Under the pieces are notes generated by a model. It saw only the letters and a list, made by a program, of their open reading frames with translations. It ran no database searches and was not told where the DNA came from. Both the position numbers and the translations under genes were made by a program. Shown in pieces: positions 38,401 to 47,760 of a DNA stretch of 64,000 bases. Origin of the DNA: Pelagomonas calceolata (Eukaryota); assembly GCA_918797485.1 (NCBI GenBank), contig CAKKNE010000003.1, forward strand, positions 2,914,001 to 2,978,000. Direction: 5' to 3'. The stretch's first letter is position 1, and the number at the start of each line of letters is the position of its first letter.

Positions 38401-41348
38401 GCGACGCGCGCCTCGAGCGCGCCGTTGTCCGTCATACGGCACGCTTTGAGAGCCACGTTCTCCTCAAAGCCGAGCGCGACCAATTCATCTACCATTTCCC
38501 GCCTTGGTTTCGAGGTCACGGGGTGCTTGCGTCTCAATTCACCATCCAGTTTTGCGAGGGCATCCGTCGCCTTGCGAATGTCGGCCTCTTTTGTAGATTC
38601 CAGCAGGTGCGCGCAGGCTGCATCTAGCAAACAGCTCCGTTCATTTTCGTTGCTCGCCGCTTCGGTCAGGCAGGCCTCGGCCGCCTCCAACGCATCGCAC
38701 GGATCCGTGGTCGTCAGTGACGCGACCACCTCAACCAACTGCGCGGCCTTGCGACCCGCGGGCAGTCGCAGCGCGGTCCTCAGTAACTGGTCGCGGTCCG
38801 ACGACGCGGGTAACCTCCCCAATTGGATAGCACCATCGACCGCTAGAGCACAAACGACGTCCCGACAGCTCTCCCGCTCGGCGTCGTTATCGTCGGCCGC
38901 ATCTACACAGGACGCAGCTCTCACAACTCGTCGCGCGTGCTGCAAAGCCCGCTCGTGGTTGCCCTTGGCCAAGGCGCTTTCGAACAGCTCGAGGCGCGCG
39001 GCCGCCGACGCCGCGACCGCGGCCGCACCGGACGTCGTCTCGGCCACGAGCCGCGCCCCCCGGACCACGACCTCGTTCTCCGCTGCGTCGTTCTCCCCAA
39101 AAAAGATCTCGAGGTCGTCTAATACGTCCGCGTCCTCGTCGTCCAGCAGGTCATTCAGTGCACCGAACTCCGTACACACGTGGCCCGTTAATGCCACTGA
39201 AGACGCTTTCGCGGCCACCTGCGCCGCGCGCGCCTCCTCACTCGCTTCTGCGACGTCCTGGATCGCATCCAGTACTACATTCCCGTCCAGACCGCCCACC
39301 ATGGATAGTAGCGCTACACCTCTGCAGGACCTCCGCGTCGTCGTAATGGATTTGGCCGCTTCGCTCCACTCGTTGTTACTCCCCTTCGCCCCGTCGAAAC
39401 TCGAGAAGCCGCCGTCGAAGGAGGGCGTCCCGCGCTTCCTACAGAAGTCGGCCACGACCCGCAACACCGCGTCCGCGGCTAATGATGCCTCGTAGACGTA
39501 TCCACTTGACGCTTGGTACAATCGCCGCCGCGCGCCTCGCGACGCCGCGTCCACCAGCCATTGTGGATGTTTGTCCGCGCAGTTCTCTAGTATTTTCAAA
39601 GTATCTTCCGCGTCTTCCATTGAGGAAGTGAGCGCACACCGGAACAGGGCGGCGGCCCGCCCGCAATGCATAGCGGCCTTGTGGTCGCGTGGGCTCCATA
39701 AACCGCGTTTTCCCGCTTGGTCGCAGGCTTGCAACGCGTCCTCCACGGAACATCTTTCTTTGAGCACGCACTTCACGACGAAGCGCCGACACGCGTTCTC
39801 TAGTAGTTTCGGCGCGAGGTCGTCCACATGTGAGTTAGGTGCTAACTGATCCAGCTGCTCTTCCGTTAATCGAGGTAAGCGCGATTGTAGGCTACCAAGA
39901 TCGACAAACACTTTACACCCGTCCCGCAACACCTCGCAGACCTTGACTCTTTCCGCCAAGTCATCAACCGCTGACCAAATTTTGGGACCTTCCCTTGCAA
40001 AGAACGCCTCGTCCTCGTCGAGGGCGCGGTCGTTGTCATTGTTCGCGAGCGTTGCGAGTAGTTGCGCACACACGTGCACGGCGTTGCCGTGACCTAAAGC
40101 TAGTTGAGACACCTCGACCACAAATCTCGCCAATCGCCCCTGCGACGGCACGAGGCGCTCCTCGACCCCAATCTCAACCGACGATGCGCGGCACGCCGCC
40201 AGCGCCACGCCGAAGTCTCCTCTATCCTGAATGGCTCGTTTCGCGACCTCCGCGATCGACGAGAGCAGAGGGTCTTCGTCATTTGTACCTTCTAGAGCGA
40301 AGCGCCCACAAACTAAAGGACCCAGGACCGTCCGCAACGCCATAGCTTCCGAAGCATAGCTCGCGAGCGTCTCGGGCCTTTCCACATGTTTTGAGGCTTC
40401 ATTTAACTGGTCCTGCCTCGAGCGCTTCCGCCAGCTTTCTAGGGATTCCCTCCTGTCTCGTAACGCATCTAAGGCGAGTAAGCGAGCGAGCTGCCAGCAG
40501 TCCCGATGCAAGAGGAATAATGAAGCGTAGTGCTCTGATGGTAATCGGTCTTTTGCTAGAGCTAGTAGAGCTTCGCTGTTCGCTACGGCACCGCACCGGT
40601 CGTCCATCTGTAAGGCGCGGTCGCGGTACCACGTTACCAGCGTTTCCGCAGGTACGCCATCCTGGATCTCCTCCCAGAGCGGTTCCAGTAAATTCCTATC
40701 GGCCAGGGCGCGCTCTTTTAATGATGAGAGAGCCCCGTCAACGTCTAAGTCGTCGAGGCCGTCGTCGTACCTCGATAGGGTCTCCGGTTCATCTAAAGAA
40801 GGCAATAAGGCCGCGTAGCTCCCGGGGTGCACCGTCTCCGGTATGCTGGCGAGGGCCTCCAGTCTTAGTTGCGACGCGAAGGGCAGGCCTTCCAGTACGA
40901 CCCCAAGAGCCTTCGTGAGGCCAGCTCTAGCGAAGGCGGCGGCGAGCGCCTTTCGGTCCTTCGCCCGCTGGACGGCGTCGACGGTCAGCGGCGTCCTCCT
41001 CGGAATGTGGGCGAGAGCGGCACCCAATGCTCCTGGGTGCTTTTTTTGGGCCGGCGGCCGGCCGTAGGGCGCGCGCTCCGCGAGCGCCGCGCGGTCGTAG
41101 ACGGCGTGGCGCCTGATGGACCGTTCCAGTGCTTGCCTTTCTGCCGGGCTCGCCATTCCTTCGAGCGCGAGGCCCGCCGCGGCGCGCGCGAGCCGCGTCG
41201 TCGTCGACGACGCGCCGGCCGCGGCCAGGCCCGTCGCGTAGACCCAGCGCCGCGTTTCGTCGTCCTGCGCATCCGCGAGCACCACCAGATCCCGCGGCGC
41301 CTGCAGGCCGCGCTGCGCAAACGCCTTTTGCCGGGTCCGGAGGTCCAT
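35403..41348 (-). CDS. NBAS: NBAS/Sec39-domain protein (NRZ/Dsl1 tethering complex) with an internal UBA domain
   Basis: RLEALASIPETVHPGSYAALLP and LVTWYRDRALQMDDRCG match Sec39/NBAS motifs; MVDELVALGFEENVALKACRMTDN (UBA). Confidence 0.8.
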   Translation of the reverse strand: MDLRTRQKAFAQRGLQAPRDLVVLADAQDDETRRWVYATGLAAAGASSTTTRLARAAAGLALEGMASPAERQALERSIRRHAVYDRAALAERAPYGRPPAQKKHPGALGAALAHIPRRTPLTVDAVQRAKDRKALAAAFARAGLTKALGVVLEGLPFASQLRLEALASIPETVHPGSYAALLPSLDEPETLSRYDDGLDDLDVDGALSSLKERALADRNLLEPLWEEIQDGVPAETLVTWYRDRALQMDDRCGAVANSEALLALAKDRLPSEHYASLFLLHRDCWQLARLLALDALRDRRESLESWRKRSRQDQLNEASKHVERPETLASYASEAMALRTVLGPLVCGRFALEGTNDEDPLLSSIAEVAKRAIQDRGDFGVALAACRASSVEIGVEERLVPSQGRLARFVVEVSQLALGHGNAVHVCAQLLATLANNDNDRALDEDEAFFAREGPKIWSAVDDLAERVKVCEVLRDGCKVFVDLGSLQSRLPRLTEEQLDQLAPNSHVDDLAPKLLENACRRFVVKCVLKERCSVEDALQACDQAGKRGLWSPRDHKAAMHCGRAAALFRCALTSSMEDAEDTLKILENCADKHPQWLVDAASRGARRRLYQASSGYVYEASLAADAVLRVVADFCRKRGTPSFDGGFSSFDGAKGSNNEWSEAAKSITTTRRSCRGVALLSMVGGLDGNVVLDAIQDVAEASEEARAAQVAAKASSVALTGHVCTEFGALNDLLDDEDADVLDDLEIFFGENDAAENEVVVRGARLVAETTSGAAAVAASAAARLELFESALAKGNHERALQHARRVVRAASCVDAADDNDAERESCRDVVCALAVDGAIQLGRLPASSDRDQLLRTALRLPAGRKAAQLVEVVASLTTTDPCDALEAAEACLTEAASNENERSCLLDAACAHLLESTKEADIRKATDALAKLDGELRRKHPVTSKPRREMVDELVALGFEENVALKACRMTDNGALEARVAFCLEQAGKETPPEADVTGDASCARRAAAFYLATCADRDVKLKELCAASRRMLAERQKDAEEALALQRALAPATPAKPPPPPKPASPPKSIRGALARVLAPEPEPALSGALAHLKPDEPVVEDVTDEAEARRAEEHSALNVDLTRFEREDVYRGEALVKAAKSANGAAFRAALRAAARRPITGGTDKLREASSPLGLATAHLTRWFDDKELRSPSGEVDKLTQLLYDEESSVNEALKVLKEHSTLEAWLMERYKDETDAPALALVCGLASEHCEGAFADQCRTQAPILKRYAKCIRPLNTSVACKPLIGEIVASRPSVLEEADDPPRNPPAPGARVASNEDIKRDRAVFLLRRVANYRTAAALATFSTKGFDASLNLGPAEVYAAAARRELFDAIAADDMAKKHAVQRVSPLLQRCAKASPEVASKELGSCVFESVGGPSTQHLQMVVTAVQCDALAASLTTLQRGLEAVEAAIPFSCDREALNAAKLAYQRDETVVDAAIELAQCLAGQGASASVVRSAFLLVTDVAGLDASEAANDAADDACAVAFGTACQTLVIEPLFNGTEAPSSEDVDRGIAIAARLVENASSHNHSAVLLASKLKGVEGYWRGLCGASIKMQRPPPEATPDRLRAIGALTKLSGGQETDSFMEVAEVVARVLGADRAASLERGFAPHDLVRDFVKARDALAVRELCALVFPGGSSRNLCLATLRGDGGGEAEPGGPTWLAALDAADDEFLRELVVHGPPPHCTPSEEAEAAFYDGLGEATRPLVGLRAAHPALRLRAARDAAALKLDVGDALVESGALLAALEADAAWARACCVARASPVAVAQLLVCGRARRCHADFLAAARCASVKAPAVLRGGFDLCRLALEDASLDPTLRKEAVAALGGYLGEDVAPEPAESVGEEAATTEPAEEEDELELDETWGGAPGEDGPAGEAEPESDLELDETWGGAPGEDGPSGEAEPESDLELDETWGGEDAAPEPAEEEDDLDLTEEWGA
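35476..35648 (-). repeat. 75-bp coding tandem repeat (about 2.3 copies) encoding LELDETWGGAPGEDGPxGEAEPESD
   Basis: CCCCACGTCTCGTCCAGCTCCAG recurs at 35476, 35551 and 35626. Confidence 0.9.
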
Positions 41349-41554
41349 ATGACTGCTTTGAGGGCTCCACTGCAGCGCTGGATGGTCTCAATTAAACGCT
41401 GCAGCCGTTCGCGCTTTAATTAGCCAAAAAAAGCTGATTTTAAGGTGTGAAACCGAGTCTAGTGTCTTACAACGCTAGCTGGCTTGTTTCGCAATAATTA
41501 TTATTGTGCGCGCTCTGCTATGCACCTTAGTATACGTGAGTCTACAGCGCACCA

Positions 41555-42691
41555 ATGCGAATGCGAAGAAGTGCATTGCTGGCATCCCTAGTGGTGGGCT
41601 GGGCCTGGGTGCCGCCCAGCCACCACCACCGGACGCCTCATGCGGTGCGCAAGCCGCTGAAAGCCGAAAACGACTACCTCGCGAGCCTCGCGAAGGCACC
41701 GCCGAAGCGCGGCCCGGGCCGACTGCGCCGCGCGTGGCGCCGGCTGCGCGGCGCGCCGGCCGCGCTCTCGTCGGACGAGGTGCTGCGGCTCGTTGTCCTC
41801 GGCCACGGACGCGCGGAGGCCGAGGCGATGGCGCCGCGGCGGGCGCGGCGCCTGCTGGCCCGGGCCGCTGCCGCCGCGCCGGCCAAGGCCGCGCCCGCGC
41901 CGGCGGCACCAGCGCCGGCCAAGCCGCCGGCCGCACCAGCGCCGGCAGCACCGCCCGCCGCGCCGCCGCCGCCGCCCGTGGCAGCGCCGCTGGAAGCGGC
42001 GTTGCCACCGCCCGCCGCGCCGCCGCTGCCCGCCACGCCGCCGCCCGCGGCCGCGCCGCTGGAAGCGGCAGAGCCGCCGGCGGAGCCGTCGGACGCGCTG
42101 ACCCCCGACGACATCTTGCGGCTCGTCGTGCTCGGGCGGTCGCGCGCGGACGCCTTAGCAATGGACCCGGTCGAGGCGCGCCGCGAGCTCGCTGCCGTCG
42201 CCGCCGCGCCTCCACCAGAGCCGCGCCTCGACGTCGCGGACGCGACGGACGAGGAGCTCTGGCGCCTCGCGCGGGCCGAGGTGGCTATCCCAAGACCACC
42301 GCGCGACGACGACGAGGACGCCGTCTCTAAACAACTTGAGCGGTCGTGGCCGGACCTCGATAAATTTACGGACCTGCTCACGAAGGAGTCGCTCAAGCGG
42401 CTGGAGGTGCTCGGGCCCCAGTTCGCCGAGCCGCTCAAGACGGAAGCTAGATGGCGGCGCAAGGCCTACGAGAGCTGGTTGAGGCTCGTCGACGGCAAAG
42501 GCGTGCTGCCGGGGCCGGCCGGCGACTTGGCGTATGGCGAGGCTTTATTTGATCCGAACGGCGGCCTGCCCGCCGAGGCCTCGGATGAGGCGAAGGCGGC
42601 CTTCGTGCGTCTGCGCGAAGAACGGGCGGAATTAAGGGCAGCACGGAACGAGTTGAGGGACTGGGAGAAGAGGGCGCTCCCGGATAAGTGA
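41555..42691 (+). CDS. Hypothetical protein with bipartite plastid-type presequence and Pro/Ala linker
   Basis: ALLASLVVGWAW signal with aromatic +1 residue; duplicated (S/T)xDxxLRLVVLG.xRA.A.AM.P motif; globular C-terminus. Confidence 0.7.
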   Translation: MRMRRSALLASLVVGWAWVPPSHHHRTPHAVRKPLKAENDYLASLAKAPPKRGPGRLRRAWRRLRGAPAALSSDEVLRLVVLGHGRAEAEAMAPRRARRLLARAAAAAPAKAAPAPAAPAPAKPPAAPAPAAPPAAPPPPPVAAPLEAALPPPAAPPLPATPPPAAAPLEAAEPPAEPSDALTPDDILRLVVLGRSRADALAMDPVEARRELAAVAAAPPPEPRLDVADATDEELWRLARAEVAIPRPPRDDDEDAVSKQLERSWPDLDKFTDLLTKESLKRLEVLGPQFAEPLKTEARWRRKAYESWLRLVDGKGVLPGPAGDLAYGEALFDPNGGLPAEASDEAKAAFVRLREERAELRAARNELRDWEKRALPDK

Positions 42692-42701
42692 TGTTAGGCT
42701 A

Positions 42702-43487
42702 CTAGGCGATCGTGGGCACGCCCTCGGTCAGGTCGAAGAGGAGCACGGTGCCGTCGCCCGCGGCGACGGCGGCCTTGGCCGGCGCGCCGGCGCACCGCTC
42801 GAGCAAATCCGTGAGCTGCGTCACGGAAGGGAGCCCACCCCCGGCGTGCGTCACAAAGACGCGGAAGGCCGGGTCCCCTAATCTTGATTTGGCGAAGTTC
42901 TGGGACGGCTGGTGGCACTCGAAGCATACTGGTACTGGAGGGGCGCCCGGCGCGACGTCGCCCGCCCAGAACTGGGGGGCGATGGCCCTCGATCCGTCGG
43001 CCGCGGCGTACTGCTGCGGCCGGCAGACGACGTACCCTAGACCTTTGAGTTGCTGGTACGTCCAGTAACAAGCTAAAGGGCACCGCTGCCCGTCGTTTTG
43101 GTCCTCGTTCCTCAAGCAGAGGTCGTAGCACTCTCTCGCTGTTATTGGTTCCGGATGGTCTTCATCCTCGACCGGTGCTGACGGTAGCAACACCAGAGCT
43201 TCCCTCTCGACCAGATACAAGGTCTCCTCGGCGAACAGTTTCACAGCACCGTTCGCGAAGCAGCCCATGATCCTAAAGTGCTTGCCCTTCTGGCGGATTA
43301 CTGATGAAGTACACGTCGCCGCGTCCCAGACCGCGACGCTCCGGTTGCCGTACTTGCGGAACGGATCATTACTATCGTCCTCCTCGGTCTGGTCCTCCGC
43401 CGGCGGCTCCGGCTGTTCGTCCGCCTCCTGGGGCTCCTCGGCCGTCGCGCGCCAGCCGGTCAGCGACGTGCGGAGGCGCTTGATCAT
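42702..43487 (-). CDS. TSEN54: tRNA-splicing endonuclease subunit Sen54
   Basis: KGKHFRIMG..LFAEETLYLVER, YWTYQQLKGLGYVVCR, F.KS..GDPAF. Confidence 0.82.
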   Translation of the reverse strand: MIKRLRTSLTGWRATAEEPQEADEQPEPPAEDQTEEDDSNDPFRKYGNRSVAVWDAATCTSSVIRQKGKHFRIMGCFANGAVKLFAEETLYLVEREALVLLPSAPVEDEDHPEPITARECYDLCLRNEDQNDGQRCPLACYWTYQQLKGLGYVVCRPQQYAAADGSRAIAPQFWAGDVAPGAPPVPVCFECHQPSQNFAKSRLGDPAFRVFVTHAGGGLPSVTQLTDLLERCAGAPAKAAVAAGDGTVLLFDLTEGVPTIA

Positions 43488-43750
43488 CGTGTGGGCAGTG
43501 AAGTGCCGTGCTCTCTTTTGTGTGGAGCAGTGAAGCCGGGTTATGCAGCAGCACACCAAAGAGGTATCCGGGGTGGCGCTGCGCGACTGCAATGAAGGTG
43601 CCGCTTCGTCGGCGCGGCTCAGGGAGCAACTTAGTGCAGCAGAGTCGCTTGTCCGCTAGCTAAGGCCTCTAGTTTTTCACCAGATTGCCCGGGAGCCGGT
43701 GCTTTGCGCACGATGCAGTATAACGCTGGCAAAAAAGAAACAGAAAAAAA

Positions 43751-45481
43751 ATGCAGCCTAAAAGCTGCCAAGATCGACCAGGGTTAATGGAAGGGGGCAG
43801 CCCGGGGCAACAACGGGTCGCCCGGCAACGTTCCGACGACGAACGCTTCGCGCGTGCCCTCGCGGAGAGCGGCGACGCGCTTGGGCAGCTCACCCTCGAC
43901 GAGCGCATCTCACTCCTCGAGGCGGAGCTCGCACGGCGCCGAGCTGCCGACGATACACAGCCACCCCTCGCGTGCAGCCCCGAGGACGCCGAGGCCATTC
44001 GGAGAGTCCTAGACGCCGACGAGGCGGAGGCGGAGCTCTCGAGACTCCGGTCCGGCCCGCGCGCGCCGAGCCCCCCCGGACCAACCGTAAACGACATGGC
44101 GAACTGGTACGGCGCGCACATCGCCCCCGCGGCGACGCATGAGGACAGCGAGGCGCTCGTGCTGGAGCTCTGGGAGCTGCTCGCGCGAAACAACACGGAC
44201 GGGCCGCGCTTGGGTAATGTGGCGACGCGGCTCCTGGGCATGCCGTGGCACCAGCACCTGCTCGCGCCGCTCGAGGCCCACGGCTACGACGCGAGTTCGG
44301 GCTCCTTCCCGCGCGGCCCCGCTCCGGGCTTGTTGCAAGAGCTGACGCACATTGGCGCCGGGGCGAACCCGATGCCGTACGCCGCGCCGACGGTCCAAGA
44401 CTGTCAGCTGCTCGTGGACCAGCGGGTGCTGAGCGGACCGGGCCATAGGGTGGTCGTCTTCGACCGCGTCCTCGCGACGGCCGACGGCAAGGGCTACGCG
44501 CTCCTGCGCAACCTGGAGAGGGCTATTTATGGAAGAGTGAGGTACGGCGTCGAGCTCGAGCGCGTCCCGGCCGAAGCAGCGCGCGCGCACGGAGCGGACG
44601 GGATCTTGTGGCGCGCGACGGAGCGCCAGGTCGCCGTCAAGTGCATCGAACGAGCGGCGTTAGAGCAGTTCATAGCGAGCCACCACGGCCACTTAAACGA
44701 GGACCCGTTCAAGGAAACCGCGGTCATGGAGTACATCGCGTCGCAGGGCGGCGCGCCGTGCGTCCTGCCGTTGCTAGCGACCTACGGTGACGATCAGGCG
44801 GTGTACGTTGTCTTACCTTTCTGTCCGAACGGCGACCTATTCGGCGTCGTGGAACGGCACGGCGCGTTGCAGGAAGCCACGGCGGCGACGTACATGGGGC
44901 AACTCGTCAGAGGCCTCGAACGGTTACACGCCATGGGCCTGATGCATCATGACATTTCCCTTGAGAACACGCTGGTCGACGCCCATAGCCGGGCGATCAT
45001 CATCGACTTCGGGATGGCGGTCAAGGCGATACCTACTGCTACCGATTTCTTCGATGGCCACCACGCGGGAGGGAGCTACCACGCCGTGCCCCTCGCGGCG
45101 CGACAGAACTGGCCCGGGAAATGCGGGAAGCCAATGTACATGGCTCCGGAATTGTGGTACCCCCAAGGTTCCTTCGACGCCTTCGCCGCGGACGTGTGGG
45201 CGCTGGGGATCATGCTCTTCATGCTCTTGACGGGCGCGCCCCCGTGGGAGCCAACGTGGGGACCAGAAGGGGCTGCCTACAATCATGTAAAGGACGGGAA
45301 CCTGCACGGATTACTTCTTGCATACGAGAATGGTCCTAATCCAATACCTCGTGTTTCTGAAAACGCGAAGGACCTCCTGCAACGACTGCTCACGGTGGAC
45401 CCCAGGCAACGGATGACGCTCCCCGAGCTCAAGGCGCACCCCTGGTGGCAGGAGCACGCGCAGTTCGTCAACGCGGCCTGA
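43751..45481 (+). CDS. Ser/Thr protein kinase (CAMK-like)
   Basis: VAVK, HHDISLEN, IIDFG, CGKPMYMAPE, DVWALG, DPRQRMT. Confidence 0.92.
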   Translation: MQPKSCQDRPGLMEGGSPGQQRVARQRSDDERFARALAESGDALGQLTLDERISLLEAELARRRAADDTQPPLACSPEDAEAIRRVLDADEAEAELSRLRSGPRAPSPPGPTVNDMANWYGAHIAPAATHEDSEALVLELWELLARNNTDGPRLGNVATRLLGMPWHQHLLAPLEAHGYDASSGSFPRGPAPGLLQELTHIGAGANPMPYAAPTVQDCQLLVDQRVLSGPGHRVVVFDRVLATADGKGYALLRNLERAIYGRVRYGVELERVPAEAARAHGADGILWRATERQVAVKCIERAALEQFIASHHGHLNEDPFKETAVMEYIASQGGAPCVLPLLATYGDDQAVYVVLPFCPNGDLFGVVERHGALQEATAATYMGQLVRGLERLHAMGLMHHDISLENTLVDAHSRAIIIDFGMAVKAIPTATDFFDGHHAGGSYHAVPLAARQNWPGKCGKPMYMAPELWYPQGSFDAFAADVWALGIMLFMLLTGAPPWEPTWGPEGAAYNHVKDGNLHGLLLAYENGPNPIPRVSENAKDLLQRLLTVDPRQRMTLPELKAHPWWQEHAQFVNAA

Positions 45482-45578
45482 TTTCGAGGAGATCAGTTCC
45501 GCGGTTCCCCGACATTCAGTTTTCCCCTCTTCCTTTTATCTTATCTAAGTTCACTGGCAGCTAGGTTACACAAAAAAC

Positions 45579-46307
45579 TTACGATGGCGCGGCGGCGGCC
45601 AGGTCGTCGCCGAGCAGCGCCACGCGCTCCCCGACGGCGCCGTCGCGCGTCACGAGCGTCAGGTCCAGGACCCCGCCGACGGTCGCGTCGCGGCGCGCGG
45701 CCGCGCGGAACGCGGCGACGAGCGCGGCCCGCGCGTCGTCCGCCGAGGCGAAGCGCGGGTACGCGGCGCCGTCCTCCGGCGCGCGCGCCGGCGCCCGCGC
45801 GTCGAGGACGGGCAGGAGCAGCCGCTGCGCCGCGCCGGCCGCGACGACGCACGCCTCCGACGCCGAGCCCACGCTGTCGAAGGCGAAGCACCGCCCGACG
45901 CCGTCCCGGTCGAGGCCCGCGAGCACGGGCTGCGCGAAGTACGGGAAGCGCCGCCGCCCGTGCAGGAGGCGCGCGAGGGCCTGGGCCAGGACCCGGCAAT
46001 CCGGCTCCCGCCGCGCCGCGAACTCGTAGCGCGCGGCCTCCACCACCAAATCGCGCGCGAGCGCGTCGCAGTCCGCGCGGCAGCCGCCCGCCGCGAGCCG
46101 CGTCCGCGGCGTGAGGCCGCGCTGGCGCGCCTGGCACGACGCGATCGTCATGCCGGCGACGTGCTGCGCGTCGCTCGCGAGGTAGACGAAGTCGGCGCCC
46201 GCCGCCGCGGCGGCCGAGCCGTGGTTGTTGGCGTAGGGCTCGAACTTCGGGGCGCGCGCGCTCGCGTGTATGATGAGGCACGCCACGAGGTAGCTACGTC
46301 GACGCAT
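45579..46307 (-). CDS. Proteasome beta6 (PSMB1-like) subunit with an N-terminal signal peptide
   Basis: FEPYANNHGS, AGADFVYLASD, RRFPYFAQPVLAGLD..G.CFAFDSVGS, AARRDATVG. Confidence 0.82.
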   Translation of the reverse strand: MRRRSYLVACLIIHASARAPKFEPYANNHGSAAAAAGADFVYLASDAQHVAGMTIASCQARQRGLTPRTRLAAGGCRADCDALARDLVVEAARYEFAARREPDCRVLAQALARLLHGRRRFPYFAQPVLAGLDRDGVGRCFAFDSVGSASEACVVAAGAAQRLLLPVLDARAPARAPEDGAAYPRFASADDARAALVAAFRAAARRDATVGGVLDLTLVTRDGAVGERVALLGDDLAAAAPS

Positions 46308-46634
46308 GGCTCCCACGTCCACCAGTTTGGCCTGTTGTGCTCAGCTGAGGCTCAGCCCGAGCTCAAAGAGGCCTTCAAAGTTTGCAGCCGCAGGCTTGCT
46401 AGTGCCTTACCGCCGCTAGCTGGCCGCTGTTACTTTTGGGCCTGAGCTCGCGGGTTTCTACGTCGACAGCGTTTGATGGCCGCGAACGTGGGGCAAGACG
46501 CCAGTAAGAGCTCATTCTGCAACGCATGAATGCAAACAAGACTTTGCTAAAGCCAGCCAGCTCTCCTTCGGAGCTCTACGGCTGCGCTGAGGCTGCAGCA
46601 CTGATCGACACAACAATAGCACTGATCAGACAAC

Positions 46635-47750
46635 ATGCCCGTCGCCTCCTCACTAGAAACGGTGCTCTTCAGGCAGCACGTGCGCATGGGCCGCGGCGTC
46701 CAGCAGCGCGCGGGGCCGCGGCTGCGGTTGATCATAGAACTCGCGTGCGGCGCTGCCGCATTATTAAGCACGGTATCTCTAGCGGCGCTCCACGCGCGCT
46801 ACGTGGCCGCGCCGGAGCAGCCCGTGGCGCGCGCGTTAAGAGATGCGGTCGCGCAGATGCGCTACGCGCCGACCATTAGGATCGTGCTGACGAGCGAAGA
46901 CCACGCCAGGTGCGCGGTGGCAACAGACGCGGCGCCGGGCGTCGCCTTCTGGTTCGCGCGGGACCGGGGCGTGGCCTTGTTGACGGAGGACGCGCGGAAG
47001 CAGCTGCGCATCAACATTGTAAACGTGAAATGCGGAGGAAAAGCTGTGCCCCGCTTCGTCGAGTCGGAGAGCGTCGTGGCGAACGCCGTATTGACGGGCG
47101 CGGGGCGCGGCTGGCTCAAGGCCGAGCGGAGTGGGGAGTTGTACGATTTGAGTGTGTCTTCTTCCAATTCATGGGCGGTCGCGGGCCGCGCCGCGTTCGT
47201 GCTCTTCGCCACGTCCACATTAGTCCACTACACGCTGCGCGAGACGCAAGCGCGCATGCTGCGCTTCACGGCGGAGTTACGGGAGACCATCTCGTCCCGA
47301 AGGTCGTACGCGCGGCTCGTGACGCGGCACTTACTCGATTCCGCGGCCTTTGCACCGATCATGGTGGGTATGCTGGCCTTCCTCTTCGAGTTCTTCGCGG
47401 ACCAGATCCTCGGGCTGACCATACTCACTTTGGTCTGGGGCGTCGAGCTCTTCGTGGCCGTGTCGGTGCGCGCGCGGGCGTCGGTTTTATTTTTGCCGCA
47501 GATTCTGATGGCTTATTTAGCCGCACTGCACTGCTACCTGTTCAAGTGGCCCTTTGGATTTCGGTACGTGGCGCTGGGCGCGTGCATTTTATATATTCTG
47601 CACGCGTGCTGCTTCTTCTTCAACCGGCACGAGCTGAAAGCGCTGCGCGAGGGGAGCGTGTCCGCGGCGCTCCCGCGCGACACGGGGCCGGCCTGCGACG
47701 CCGTCTCCACCAGTCGACGGTCGCCGCCCCGACGACAACACACGGATTAA
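46635..47750 (+). CDS. TMEM259: Membralin (TMEM259) homolog
   Basis: LHARYV, TLRETQARMLRF, FAPIMVGMLAFLFEFFADQ, FFNRHEL. Confidence 0.82.
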   Translation: MPVASSLETVLFRQHVRMGRGVQQRAGPRLRLIIELACGAAALLSTVSLAALHARYVAAPEQPVARALRDAVAQMRYAPTIRIVLTSEDHARCAVATDAAPGVAFWFARDRGVALLTEDARKQLRINIVNVKCGGKAVPRFVESESVVANAVLTGAGRGWLKAERSGELYDLSVSSSNSWAVAGRAAFVLFATSTLVHYTLRETQARMLRFTAELRETISSRRSYARLVTRHLLDSAAFAPIMVGMLAFLFEFFADQILGLTILTLVWGVELFVAVSVRARASVLFLPQILMAYLAALHCYLFKWPFGFRYVALGACILYILHACCFFFNRHELKALREGSVSAALPRDTGPACDAVSTSRRSPPRRQHTD

Positions 47751-47760
47751 CAATTATCAC

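Noticed and set aside
1629..46420. Recurrent CTAG element as CRISPR repeats
   Set aside because: Dispersed kilobases apart, variable centre, eukaryotic context, no cas genes.
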